From Takakia lepidozioides (Eukaryota > Plantae > Bryophyta), in the NCBI GenBank assembly GCA_030704615.1, contig CM060732.1, forward strand, positions 67,022,001-67,086,000: a DNA stretch of 64,000 nucleotides, in the 5' to 3' direction. The notes under the pieces were generated by a model. That model searched no databases, had not been told where the DNA came from, and saw only the letters and a list, made by a program, of their open reading frames with translations. The translations under genes were made by a program, and so were the position numbers. Shown here piece by piece: positions 12,985-26,490 of this stretch (the stretch's first letter is position 1; each line of letters starts with the position of its first letter).

Positions 12985-15900
12985 ATGGGGTCGGGCCAGC
13001 CAAAGCGAAAGCGGAACGGCCTGAAAGATGATGATCCTGGTGGGCCCGATGGGAGCGACGTGTCACCGAAGCGGCCATTTGAGGAAGCGATGCATGCTTT
13101 TGAAAACGAGGCCGCTCAAGAACGGGAGGAATCTGAGGAGTCGGAGCCCGAGGAATTCCTAAGAGCTCCGACAGACCAACAGATGCCCCCATGCCAGCAA
13201 CCTTTTGGGAAGGGTTGTTGGCACAGTTTGGCGGGACGTTGAAAGACGTGTTGAAGGCGGCTAATGCTACTTCCACTAAGGCAAAGTTTAAGGTGAAGCC
13301 TAAGGATCCCGACACCTTCGAGGGCGTCCGAAATCGAAAGGCACTCAACACCTGGCTCTTGGAGCTAAAGTAGTACTTCCGGGCGGCCAAGTTGAGTGAC
13401 GAGGATCGGGTGGAAGTGGCTCCCACCTATTTAAGGGGCTATGCTCAACAATGGTGGCAGAAACGCCTTCACGACCGAGGTCCAAACCCAGAAACCTTGG
13501 ACTGGAGTGGGTTCAAGGAACTGATGAAGAGACAGTTTGTGCCCCTCAACGCGTCCTGGCTCGCCCGGGACAAGATGAGGAATTTGAAGCAAACATATGA
13601 CATTCGGGGATATGTTCAGGCTTTCAATGTGTTGTTGCTCGAAGTCGCGGACATGGCAAAACCAGAAATGGTCTTCAACTTTGTGGTGGGATTGGCCCCA
13701 TGGGCCAGGCGGAAGTTGGAGGAGAAGCCACCTAAGACTTTGAACGAGGCAATTGAGAGGGCTGAATGCTTCTCGGATGTCCCTAGGGGCGAAAGACAAG
13801 GCCGTACGGAGTTGAACCACAAGAAGACCCGGCGGGAGGGTGACTCCCTCCGACCGGAAAAGAAGTGGGATAGGCCACGCGGCGACAATAACACATGGAA
13901 ATCGAAAGGAGGGCCCTCACACGTCAAGACGGCACCCGGTGCCCCGAAAAAAAAACCAGGTGCGGCGGCTTATGGCGGGCAGAAGGCGACCTTCGATGGA
14001 GTGTGCTTTAATTGCGGGGAACCCGGGCATATGGCAGAAAAGTGCGCGAAACCCCGACAATTGAACATGACTCGGGCAACCACAGAGTTGTCCGAGGATT
14101 CCATTAGCCGCTTGGTGGAGGCAGTGGTCGCCAAGACTTGCAAGGTAGGCAACTACTCTTTTGAGTTATATCAGGAAACTGGCGCCTTGCGTAAAGGGAG
14201 TCACTTAATGTTTGTGAGTGGGATAATCTCCGGAACTAACGTGTCGTTGTTGGTGAACACAGGAGCGTCGCACTCTTTCATGACGTCGGCAACGGCACGA
14301 AAGCTGGGACTCCTGACAAGTGATGTGGGGGGCTCTATTGAGGTGCGTTCTGTCAAAGGAGAACCACAATTGGCGACGAGGTTGGCGTTCGATGTTCCTC
14401 TTCAACTGGGGAGTTGGGAGGGACGTGAGAACTTCACCATTTGCGAGATCGACGGAGTGGATCTCATTTTGGGGATGACATTTTTGAGCAGATCCGGAGC
14501 GGTCATAGATGGCCGCAAGAGAGTAGTTACGATGCCGTGTGGGAATGGTGGCGAAGTTTTACGAGTGTCGAAAACGCCCAACCCCGTGGAAGGGCGAATA
14601 AACTTTCTGTCAGCAAGGGAGTGGGCCGTGGAGGAGTCACACGAGCCCCAGTTTTTGCTTTATGTAAGACAAGTGAAGGAGAAGGCGATAGGGAGCCGAG
14701 CCCAGATTGGATCAAGGGGATTTTGGAGAAATACACCATGTATGTTAATGCCTGAGGACTGACCAAGCGGCTTGCCACCGCGAAGAGCGGAGTTGACCAC
14801 AAGATTGAGGTGATACCGGGATCGGAGCCGCTACCAAGGCGCCCTAACCGGTTGAGCCAACAGAGAGTTGGGTCGATCTGAGACTCAGCTCAAGGAATCT
14901 AATGTCAAGGGGTACATCCGGCCGGAGTAATTCACCTTAGAAGCCCGGTTGCTATTCGCAGACAAGACGGATGTGTGTCGATTACAGGGCTCTAAATAAG
15001 GTGACTATAAAAAACCGGTACCCTTTGCCAAGGATCGACAACCTTTTTGATCGGTTGGCAGGAGCGAAGTATTTCAAGGATTGATTGCGCTCCGGCTACC
15101 ATCAATTCGAGTGGCAGAAAGAGACGAGGAGAAGACCGCGTGCAGGACAAGGTATGGTTCTATGAGTCTTGGTGATGCCTTTTGGGCTCACCAAACGCAC
15201 CCGCGACTTTAGCACGCTAATGAACAGCCTTTTCCAGAGTGTTGGTAGACTTGGTGACGTGTACATCGATGACATCTTGGTGTACTCGAAGAGCACCTGG
15301 AGCACCCTAAAAAGGGTGTTCCAGAAATTGCGGGAAGGGAAGCTGTAGCCAAAGCTTCAAAGTGCGAATTCGGGGTCACAAAAGTGGAGTTCCTAGGGCA
15401 TGTGATTACACAGGATGGGATATAAAAATGGGATGACAGAAAGGTGAGGGCGATCTGTGGATTTGGAGCCTCCGACTTCGGTCCCGGGAGTGCGATCCTT
15501 CCTAAGACTCGCCTCCTACTACTGTAAGTATGTGAGAAATTTTGCCAAGATCGCGGGGCCGTTGTCAGACCTTCTGTGTAAATCAAAAGTCTGGGTATGG
15601 AACACCTTTTTGTGGCCAAGCTTTTGCTGAGTTGAAGAAGCGGATGCGGATGCGGAAGCTCCAGTCCTCAAAATCCCGGAATTCGGACCGTCCATTTGAG
15701 ATTCATACAGATGCGTCGGACTTGCAATTGGGGGTGTACTCATGTAGGATGGACGTCCAGTTGGCTTACGAAAGTAAGAAACGGATGAAGTGGAGCGACG
15801 GTGGCCTACGCACGAGAAATAAATGAAGCGGTGGTGGTGTGGGCAATGATGCCTTGGCTTGGACGGCCACTATATTGGTTCCAACCTAGTGAAGGTGTTC

Positions 15901-17520
15901 ACGGACAATGTCACGGTGAAGTATTTTACCACGCAACATAAGTTGTCCCCAAAACAAATTAGGTGGCAAGACACTTTGGCACTATTGGACGGGATATCCA
16001 ATACAAACCGGACAGGACAATGTGGTGGCCGATGCTTAAGTAGAAAGCAGCAGCTCATGATGGTGTACAGGGGCGAGACGGCGCTCCAAGGAAGATACGG
16101 AAGGCTTACTGAAAGGATGAGATAGCGAAGTTCGTGATGCGGGACTTGAGTATGGGGGGTTAATCGCAGTTCCACTTGCAAAATGGACTGCTCCGGTATA
16201 AGCAAAAATGTTTCTATGTGCCGAAGGGAGGGATCAGAGATAGTCTCTTGAGAGAATGTTATGATGGCCCACTTTGCGGGCCATGGCGGAGCCAAACGCA
16301 CCGCGGCACTCTTGAGAAAAGAGTATTTGGCCCAAACTGAGAGGAGGAGGCCGATGATTATGTCAAGACATGCACACATGCCAACAAAACCGTGCGCGAG
16401 TATAAAAAGCAAGCAAGGCTTTTACAAACCTTGCCGATTCCAGAGGGGTCTTGGAAAGTGTTCTCGATGGATTTCATTACTGCTATGCCGCTGTCAAAAA
16501 GGATTCGATGCAATCATGGTGGTGGTGGATAGGTTCAGTAAAATGGGCCATTTCATCCCCACCAAGGATACGGCAATGGCGTAGGAGCCAGGACGACTTT
16601 ACTTTGCCCACGTCTTCAAGCATCATGGACTCCCGAAGGATATTGTCTCGGACAGCGATCCAAAGTTTACAAGTAAATTTTGGAGGCACTGTGGAAGAAA
16701 ATGGGGACGAGGCTCAAGATGAGCACCCGCTTCCGACTACACGGACGGCCAAACGGAACGGGTGAATTCCGTAGTGAAGCAGATCTTGCGAAATTACGTG
16801 TCGGCGGACCAATCGGACTGGGTGGAGCACTTGGACGCGGCAGAGTTCTGTTATAATAACACAAAATACTCCGCAACGGGTGTTTCTCCTTTCGTATTGG
16901 TCTATGGAAAAGCACCTCTAGTGCCGACAAGTTGGGCCGCCAAGACATAGAGGAGAAGCGGCAGCAGCAGCGTGTGTGGAGGAACGCGAGCGCTTGTTGA
17001 AGCTCGCAAAGTACAACATCGCCAAAGCTAGGAAACGATATGAACGACACGGCAAATCGAAACGGAGGGAAGTCAAGTTTGAGGCAGGCACGGAGGTCTG
17101 GTTGAACATCAAGAATTTTCAACTACCTCCATGAGAAGGAGTCGGAAGTTCGACCTCGTATGCGGGACTTTTCATATCCGGAAGGTTATGAATGAGGACG
17201 TGTAGGAGTTGGAGCTGCAGCCCAACAGCAAAGTGCATCCGGTATTCCACGTCTCCCTTTTCAAGTCTTACTTCAAAGATGAAGCGCGTCCGAATCGGCC
17301 TCAAGTGTTGCGTCCGCCACCTGTGCTGTTGGATCATGAAAATGAACCTGAGTACGAGGTGGAGGCAGTGCTTAAGTCGAGGAGGTTCAAGAATCGAGAA
17401 ACGGAGTATCTCGTGAAATGGAAGGGCTATCATCATGTGGAGGCATCTTGAGTGCGTGCCTCAGAAATGGGGAACGCATCCGAGGTGGAAGGGCGACCTC
17501 AAAAGCGGAAGAAGCGTTGC
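12985..17520 (+). pseudogene. gag-pol of element A (gag nearly intact, pol heavily frameshifted)
   Basis: Zinc knuckle CFNCGEPGHMAEKC, protease LVNTGASHSF (D to N), RT YIDD, RNase H IHTDASD, integrase VVDRFSKM, chromodomain EYEVEAVLKSRR...YLVKWKGY. Confidence 0.9.
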
Positions 17521-20500
17521 TGGGGACATCAACTTTGGAGCGTGGGGGAGGAAATGCATGCTTAGCCCAGCTTAGCTAGCTCAGGAATCCGGTTGCAAAA
17601 AATTGTATTGTACAAATTTTGGTATAAATGAAATGGTTCCCAAATGCTGTGCTTCCTATTTGTTGGAATGGGTGATGCATGGTATGTTGGCTAGTGTGTA
17701 GAATGCATGCTAGCTCACAAAAGTGGGAGAGTAAATTGGGTTAATCGTGTGTTTGCGCAGTGCCAAAATCGGTGACTCCCATCCAAGGGACAAGGAATCT
17801 TGCGCCTTCTTTAGGAGTTCACGTGCTAGTGCGCACCTGGCGCATGCGCGTACTATAACTGCCCTACCGAGGGGGTTGCCTTGTAGTGCGGGCTAACGCG
17901 GAAGCTACGTGCTTCTGTTCACGTACTATAATCGTGTAGCCTCGGGACAAAGCCGTAGTGCGGCTTCGGCGTGTTCCTATACCTCAGGCCAACATTCCAA
18001 GGCGGACCCAATTATAGTGATTGGGGCGCACGGTTGGTTCAAGGTTATCTTCCTAGTCAAAAAGGGTTCAAGGTGAACCCTTGATCAAGGTGAGGCCAAA
18101 AGCGGCATCATGAGCGGTCGCAAGCAATGTTGTTGCAATAAGGCAATTTGATCCTCGGGGAGGATCGTTCCTTGGCCTGAAGTAGGCAAGAAGAGTGCAC
18201 TGGGAGGAGCTTGAGAGGCCCCACCCTTGGCCGGGACTTGGAGGAAGTCGGGCCGAACTAGCTAGTGGAGAGTAGAGTCAAGTGGGGGTTTGGTTCTTAC
18301 CCATGGGACGCCATGGTGCGGAAACAAACTCCTTGATGTGGGACGCCACAACTTGGATGTTCGTTTCTACAAAATGGACAAGTCGATGAGGACATCGACT
18401 CCCTGTTGATAGGGGTGTGTGTCGCGGCCCTTTGCCTTGAGGGTAGGGGGGTCGGGACGCAAAGGGGCTGCCCCTGTGGTGGGGGCAGCAATAGGTACGG
18501 GGGGCTGAAGCACCCTTGAGTGCCCAAGGCACTCAAGGAGGCGGAGGCGCTCACTAGGTGGAGCCCCGCCACGGGTTGCGGTGGAGGTGGCTCCACAAGG
18601 GGTGGTGGTAGCTTAGTGGGGCTTAGTGGGGGTGGCATATGACTCACCATAGGGCGGAGACCTGGTGGTGGGAGTCGTGGGGAGTCTTGGGACTCACCAC
18701 GGTCCAATGGGGACATGGTGGGTGGGCCAAGACTCACTGTGACTCATCACCGGGAATCGAGGGTCTTCGTGGTGGTTCACCATAAAATGGCATGGTTGTT
18801 TGTGAAACCCCCGCGGACAGTCACAGAAGTATATATAGGGAGTAGTAACCCCGAGAACGGTGCAAGCCCGTTGGTGACCAAAAACTAGTGAGCAAGCGAG
18901 CGAGCCGGAAAGCGACCAAGGAGTGGGGAGCTATTCCGGACTGCCATCTACAAAAGGGAATTTCCACTAGGCCCAAATCGGTGGAGAGTCTGTTGGGGAA
19001 AGAAAGGGGGACCGTTATGTCCCGGTGAGCAGCCGAAGCTCCGAGTTGGCCCGGCGGCCAGGTTGGGAGTTAGGCGTGTGCATCAAAGCAAATAACTATG
19101 ACTTGAAGGGGGAGCTTACCGAAGTGAGGTGCGCGACAATCTGTATCTTTACTCCTCTTATCAAGCCTAATGGTTGTACACTCTTTTGATCTGCCATTGT
19201 TACTGTGAATGGAGCTGGTTTCATGTTACTTTGACCAAGCTTCTGCCTTAACTGGTCTGTCATAATATTCACTCCTGAGCCTCCATCTATCAATACATTA
19301 GTCAAGTCTGTGCTTCCAATTCTCAATTGGATTACTGGCATGGAATCATCAAAGTCCATGACTGTTTCTCGCCCTTCAGGTTTCAAATTATAACTTGTCA
19401 CCTTGCCGTTCAGGTCTATGTTCTCTATTACATGAGCAATCTGATTGATTGCTTGATACAACCTGTGTCTACAATGGAGTGCCACAGCCAATAGCTGCCC
19501 AATTGTAATATCAGCTTTGGACTGGCATATTATTTCAGCCAAAGTCCCTTCATTATCCTGCACCTGTGAAGCCTCTTGCTTCACTTCATCTTCTCCTTCT
19601 TCATCTTCTCTTTCAGAGTCAGAAGAATCTGCCATAGGTATATCAGTATCCTTCTGCATTTCCCTTATGGTATCAGCCACTTCTTTATGTAGTTCCTTTT
19701 CATCTCTCCATGCCTCATCATCTTCAGGCACATCACTGCCATCTTCATTAATATCTTCTTCTCCTCATCCCTGGAGATATTAGTTTACTTTTGCTTTCTG
19801 GTACATCTTCTACTTACTTCTGGTACAAAACATTGGATAACATGTGAGCTGGCCACTCACTACTGGGCCTTCATTCACAGGAGCTCTCATCTCATTCTGG
19901 TGTCGAATCTAGAATGGACAGACTGCTTTGCAATGTCCTGCCTGGTTACAATAGTAACACAGTTCTTCACCATTGGGTCATTGGGTCCTCGCCCTTGGTC
20001 TATTCTGGAATTATTTCTATAATCCTGATTCCCTGGCTGGTAATTCCCCCTTGGATTACCCTAATAGTTGCCTCTGGGATTTCCTTGGTAATTCCCTCTT
20101 GGATTGCCTCTTCCTGCCATACCATTATTATATCCACCAGGCCTACCATTGTGGTCCTGATCATTGTTTCTTCTTGGCTGGGTTTGCACTTGATGCACCC
20201 TCACTTGCCTAGGTCCTCTTGTAGCTGTCCTTCTATTGTAATAGCAATTCTCAGTAGAATGGTTATCCTTTTAACAGATAGTACAGTGTTTCTCCTTCAT
20301 GTGGCATTCAGTTGTGGTATGGCCTTCATTTTGGCACTTTGCACACCAAACACCTTTCATCCAATGTGTTGCAGCCTCTGTGGCGTACATTTTCAAGATT
20401 TCTTCCAATCTTTTTTCATAGTTGTCCCTCTTCAACTTTTTCTTCTTCTTGCTCTTCCTCCTGAGCTCTTGCTCTTCTTCCTCATCTGACTCATCTTCAG

Positions 20501-20770
20501 AGTCATCATCTTCTCTTTTCTCTCTCCTGAGCATTCCCAATTGCTCAATTCTGTTGGCTGTTTCGAATGCCTCCTCCACTATATTATGGGGTAATATATC
20601 CACTTTCTTTTGTAATTCAGGTCTGTTAGAGGGCTGTCTGGGACTTAGACAGTTTTACGAGTTCTGTGGGGTACCCTTAATTTTGCGCAGACTTACGGTT
20701 GGTAGACTCGGACCAACAGAGGCCTTAGGGGTAACAGACATAGGCCTTAGGGGTGGTAAACATGCTTAGA

Positions 20771-21030
20771 CAGTTTGTCACAGCCTTGCACAGTTAGACA
20801 CAGCTTCACACAGCCTGCCACAGTTAGACACAGCCTAACACAGTCTGTCACAACCTGACACAGCCTTACACAGCTTGTCATAGCCTGATACATCCTTACA
20901 CAGCCCGACACAGCTTGTCACAGCCTTGCACAACCTATCACAGCCTATCACAGTCTATCCAAGCCCGACACAGCCCGACACAGCTTGTCACAGCTTTATA
21001 CAGCCTATCACAGCCTATCACAGTCTATCA
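20771..21030. repeat. 10-bp-period minisatellite (~26 copies of CAGYYTRNCA)
   Basis: cagtttgtca cagccttgca cagttagaca ... cagtctatca continue in exact 10-nt register. Confidence 0.9.
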
Positions 21031-24000
21031 CACAAACCCACACACAGCCGTCACAATCTCTTCACCTTCACACACAAGCCCATCACAACATTCACAAGGA
21101 ACGGTTATCATTGGCAGGGAATGACATCTACATGTTTGCTTAGATAAAGGCTAAGGCTGACTTGGGCTACAGTAAAGGGATAGAGGGGGTCATCGACCAG
21201 GCCAAGCGCAATGTTTGACTCCACAACAACAGTTTCCAAGTGTCCCAAAAAGCTTGCTGCAAATTAAAATGTATTGGATTGGGAGTCTGTGTTGTAGTGA
21301 CCTGCTATTAAGTGGATGTTTTATTAATGATTATTTGTGGTCTGTGCAGGCATCATGATGAAGAGGAAGACTTTCGGGAGCCCTCCAGAGAACTTGGACA
21401 CGAGGTTAGAAAAGTTGCAGGCGAGTGTTGCAGATCTGCAAGAGCAGGCGAAGGAGCAAGCTTTATTTAATAAGGTACACGAATATTATGATAGTACATA
21501 TATATATTATAACTTTGATAATGGTAATAATTAATATAATGTCAAACCTCTTAATATTCACTTTATATGTCTTTGTCTGTGTATAGCAATATCTGCCAGT
21601 GTGCTTGTGGGATTCTAAGATAGATATTTTTTGGGTGGCTTTTATACAGAAGCTCAGGCCCGTGAGAAAACAATTCGTGAAGCAACGGGCTTTGGCCCTG
21701 ATCAACGAGTTAGCAAGTTTTATCTCCCAAATTTATGGAATCGGCCTTGAACTTAAATTCAAGAGAGGTTATTCAACCATGAAACTGGAGGCGAAAAATG
21801 CTTTTGAAAGCGATTTTATCCTCTTCAAAACGGAGGTGAATGTCAGCGTGGGCTCTCCAAGTGATCTTTGTACTCTGTTTAGCTGCATTTGCGACGAACG
21901 AAATGGTAATTTCTCTTCAGTAGAAACCCTAATATGCTTGCAACCTTTTCAGAATAGAATGATTCTTAATCTAGTAATTGGTTCAGAGAGTAATGTGGTT
22001 AATATGAGAATTTGGCAGGTGACGTCCATTTCGAGGAGCCGGAGGAGGTTCTGCGCTCAATTGCGAAGTTCAAAGCATAGAATAGCGACCTCCTTCACAT
22101 TCTTGATGCAGATGTACAATTGGTGATGGATAATTTGCTGGAGTGTACTCAATATTTTGTGGGACAACATCGTCTCAGACGCTTGGCAGGACAGGTTATC
22201 GTGCGTCTGGCGATGACTTGTGGTGGCCAACCTTGGAGTACAAGAGGTGGTAAGTGTATTCAAACTAATACTTGTCTTCGTCGGTGGTGTGCTTAATGAT
22301 AGAAACTTTGGTTACATGCCATTAATGTAACTTTTGTGTTTGTTTGTGTTTTTCAGGATTGAATAAGGTTTTGAGACAGCGAATGTGTAGTATGCTCAAA
22401 CTGAATCTGCACCCAGACATGGATTTGAAATCATTTCGGGCAGGTTTGATCGACATTGTGAAGAACTCATTATGTTATGGTCCCAGCACTACAACAAATT
22501 GCGGCTTTTACGTCTCTGTGTTATGACTGCAAATGCAGTCATGGAAGCCATTTACGACTTCCTGACTCTGCAGACGTAAAGACCTAGTCAGTTGTGACAT
22601 GGCAGATATGACTCTCCAGGCTGGCTGTCACGTGGCGCCAGAGCAGCTGTGGGGGTAGTCATACACGCTGGCATTACTGAATGACTGAACGGGTCCATGT
22701 CAGCCGCTGTGTAATAGAGACACGTGCTCTCTACAGAACACGCCACGTGTCAGACTGCGACGCCATCCGACTGCAGAGGAGGGAATCAGACGTCAGCATG
22801 TGTCGCATCGTGATTTTGACACGTGGTTCCTCATGTCAATTGACACGCGTCGCCGTTGGGGGTTGTAGATTTACTTTATTGTTATTATAATTACTAAAAT
22901 AATTATTATAATTATTATTACTGACCAACATGGGACAGTGGCACATTATTAAATAACGAATTTTTGAAATTATATTCTTAGATAAAATATTTATTCGCTC
23001 AGATACCAAAACACACCCTTACGGGGAAGGAGAGTTTGCCTTAGTGCCTGTGCTGAATTGCATCTGCTACTGTTACCTGTTTATGGATACTTTTTTATTG
23101 TCACTTTGGCAGTATCATATCAAAGTCACTCCAAACTATCTATCATCTACCCATGACCATCTACCCATGCAGGTTTCTTGTAGCTATCCTTCCACAGGGA
23201 ATCATCGGTAATCTGGAGCTTGAAATCCGGCTTTCTTGGATGATCTGGACCCACACTCTATCCCTGCTCCTTCAGCTATCCATGCCTCTGCATAGATCAT
23301 GCATATATCCTTGCATTGCTGTTAACAGCTGACAATGACAGCCTACATTTGTTCCAGCAAACACCCAACTCAACTTACCACACAAGTTCCTATTCTCAAT
23401 TGCATCTGTTACTCTCTGTAATCCAACAAGCATTTACCTTTTTGCCTCGGTTGTCCCACCATTGACTGGGGTCAAAAAAGTATTCATTCCACAGCTTCCC
23501 CTCATCTCCGTTAACTGTTTTTCGATACTTTCCTGTTGTCACATTGGCAATATCATGTCAAAGTCACTCCAAACTAGATTCACTCAACCAGCTAACTTGC
23601 AGACATTGGAATTTAGGGCCGGTTCTGATAAGAGGGAAAAACAGGGTGAAATGTGTTGAAGAAGGTGCCTTTATTAGCAGTGCTTGATTTTATCAATTGT
23701 GCCGCTACTCCTGCGGCTTCCAGTTCACCATCTACCCATGCAGGTTTCTTATAGCTAAATCCACAGGTAATCATAGGTAATCATGTGCTTGAAATCTGGC
23801 CCTCTTGGATGAATCTGGACCCATACTCTATCCCTGCTCTTTCAGCTATCACTGCTTCTGCACAAATCATGCATACTTCCTTGCCTTGCAGCTGATAATG
23901 ACAGCCTACATTTGTTCTAGGAAACACCCAACTCAGCTTATCACACTAGTTCCTATGCTGATTTGCGTCTGCCCTCTATAATCTAACAGGCATTAACCTT

Positions 24001-24089
24001 TTTCCCTCGGTTGTCCCACCATTCCACAACTTCTCCTCGTCTCTGTGACCTGTTTCTGGATACTTTCCTATTGTCACATTGGCATCATG

Positions 24090-25150
24090 TCAAAGTTCAG
24101 ATCGACATCTAGTACAATTCCACCACGAACCTCTTTGCTATTTTGCAGGGCTGCCAGGCTTGCATACATGTTGCAAATGTAACAAACGCGATGTGGTTGC
24201 GCTGCAGTATCCCTTCCCACACCACTTGCTCATAGACCTCTCCAAAGGGCCTCCATCCCGTGCCGCTGTTGTGCATATACTGGGATCATCATCCTCCATG
24301 CACCCCAATTTGGCATACAAGTCCACAAGGGCATAGTTCAGAACAACATTTGTTTAATTCCAGCTTGGACGATCAACATCACAAACCCCGTCTTCACTCA
24401 TTGCCTACTCTAGGTAAGTGCAATTATGGGCTAGGCTGGTACCACATCTCATTCAGCCATATTATCAAAACAACCATGTATCCTTGTAGTTGCACCCTGC
24501 AACCTTGGCATACATGTCCACTACGGCAACGTTCAGAATCACATCAAATACAATACCAGCTTTGACAATATCACCGTGGACCTCTGTACCCTTTTTCAGG
24601 GCTGCCAGGCGTGCATTTGACATACATATCCACCAAGGCAGTGTTTAGAGTGACATCTAGTGGTACAATTCCAGATTTGATAATGGACCTTTGCGTCCTT
24701 TCCAGGGCTACCAGGCTCGCATTTGACATACATGTACACCAGGGGAATGTTCAGAATGACATCAGGTACAATTCCAGCTTTGATGATGTCACCATGAACC
24801 TCTTGGCCCCTTCCCAGGGCTGCTAGGCTCGCATATGCATATTAACAAACACAAATGAACATGACCTGGTTTGGCTTCATCCTTTCCCACATCATTTGTT
24901 CTTAGGTTTCCAAAGCCTTACTCCCACACCTATGCTACACACACCTTACAATCATGGCAGTCCACAACACCACATCTCATTTAGCCATGTTGTCAAACTC
25001 TCCCTTTGCATCAGGCTTGCTGCACCCACATTTGGCATACATGTCCACTAGGGCAGTGGTCAGAATGACAACTAGTACAGTTTCAGCTTTGACGATGGCA
25101 CATGGCCCAGAGATATCCCAATATCCCGCTACCAATGGGTTCAATGCATA
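24090..25150 (-). pseudogene. Captured PLS-class PPR gene fragment
   Basis: Motifs ALVDLYAKLGCMED and TTALVDMYAKCG...FDNMAK*DVVLWTAMI, with stops and frameshifts. Confidence 0.8.
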
Positions 25151-26282
25151 CTCTTGTCACATTGGCAGTATCATGTCAAAGTCACTCCAACTAGATTCAC
25201 TCAACCAGCTAACTTGCAGAATTGAACATGAAAATTTAGGGCCGATTCTGATAAGAGGGGAAAATAGGGTGAAATGTGTTTCAGAAGGTGCCTTCATTAG
25301 CAGTGCTTGATTGTATCAATTGTGTTGTTGCTGCTGCGGCTTCCAATTGACCATCTACCCATGCAGGTTTCTTGTATCTATCCTTCCACAGGGAATCATA
25401 GATAATCTGGAGCTTGAAATCTGGCCCTCTTCCACACTCTATCCCTGCTCCTTCAGCTATCTATGCCTCTGCACAAAATCATGCATACAACAATCATTCC
25501 AGCAAACACCCCCAACCCTACTTATCAATGAGCAACGAGCTAACTTACATAATTCAATATGCATCTCAAGGCCGAGTCTGATGAGAGGGCAAAACAGGCT
25601 GAAATAGGTCGAAGAAGAACCCATAGAGGATTTGACCGACCATCAACCCAAAAGGACCTCTTGTGTGTGCTGCTTGTGTCTTGTAGTCAGGTAATGTCGG
25701 ATTGGTCTGTGAGAACCAGCACGGTGCAGATGAGCAGGCAGAGATTGAAACACGGCCTGCTAAGACCAAGCTGACTCTCCCAAGAACCTTGAAACATCAG
25801 GAAGAATACCAAATCATGGTACTAACAGGAGCCAACAGCCCACATTTGCAGGATGGACAAACTTCTTCACATCGTACATTAAGAAAAAGCCACACCTTGC
25901 GATTGCGGTTGTCCCACCATCGTGAAGGATCTTTTAGAAACTCATGCCAGCTCTGCTCCGTGCCGTAAAATCAGGGCCGAGCGGGTAGAGATTGAAACAC
26001 GGCCTGCTAAGACGAAGCTGACTCTCCCAAGAACGGCGGGCTCCCAGCCGAAACCTCCTCGTACACATACCGTAGCGTTTCTAGGGTTGCTTGCTCCAAA
26101 TGCGAAGGTTGATCCAACTGCGGGCCTCCCATGCATGTTTGCCCTCTCTCCCGCTCGCTCGCTCTAAGTCCCAACCCTCTCTCTCTCTCCCTCCCGCTCG
26201 CTCTAAGTTTGTTCACGCTACCGTGATGGGCAACTTTTTAAGTTTTTAAACCTTTTTGTAAACCCTAAAAGCCCCTCTTTGA

Positions 26283-26490
26283 TTTTTTTTTCTTTTTTTT
26301 CTTTTCTTAAAGGAAACCACAGGTCCTTGAGGAGGGGGGAAAATTCACCCGCCTTCATTTATGGGCCATAAGACGTACAGGACGATCAACGCCCAGACAT
26401 ACTGTCACGAACAATCCCACACACGGGATAAGGCAGCGGGTTTGAACCCCAAACCACCAAGGCGACACACTGTGCACTTACCAACCGATG
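26283..26490 (-). mobile_element. tRNA-derived SINE-like element
   Basis: On the minus strand: A-box-like tcggttggtaagtgc, B-box GGTTCAAACC and an A-rich tail. It shares ttcatttatg.gcca...cgta with the SINE at 56216-56451. Confidence 0.6.

Larger units (their letters stand above)
12202..19138 (+). mobile_element. Full-length Ty3/gypsy chromovirus, family A
   Basis: LTRs at 12202-12929 and 18420-19138 (TGTCGCG...CGCGACA), 5-bp TSD ATCTG (12197-12201 and 19139-19143), PBS TGGTATCAGAGC, and gag-PR-RT-RH-INT-chromodomain order. Confidence 0.96.
10510..20624 (-). mobile_element. Degenerate Ty3/gypsy element C (gag-PR-start of RT) carrying two nested insertions
   Basis: gag RPELQKKV and CAKCQNEGHTTTEC (20271-20624); protease VLIDGGSGVNIM (19096-19731) resuming below 12201 (LLLGRPWL); RT start NPNHAQKVGEEIKKL...WLSPIVIVP (10510-10650). 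Confidence 0.85.
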
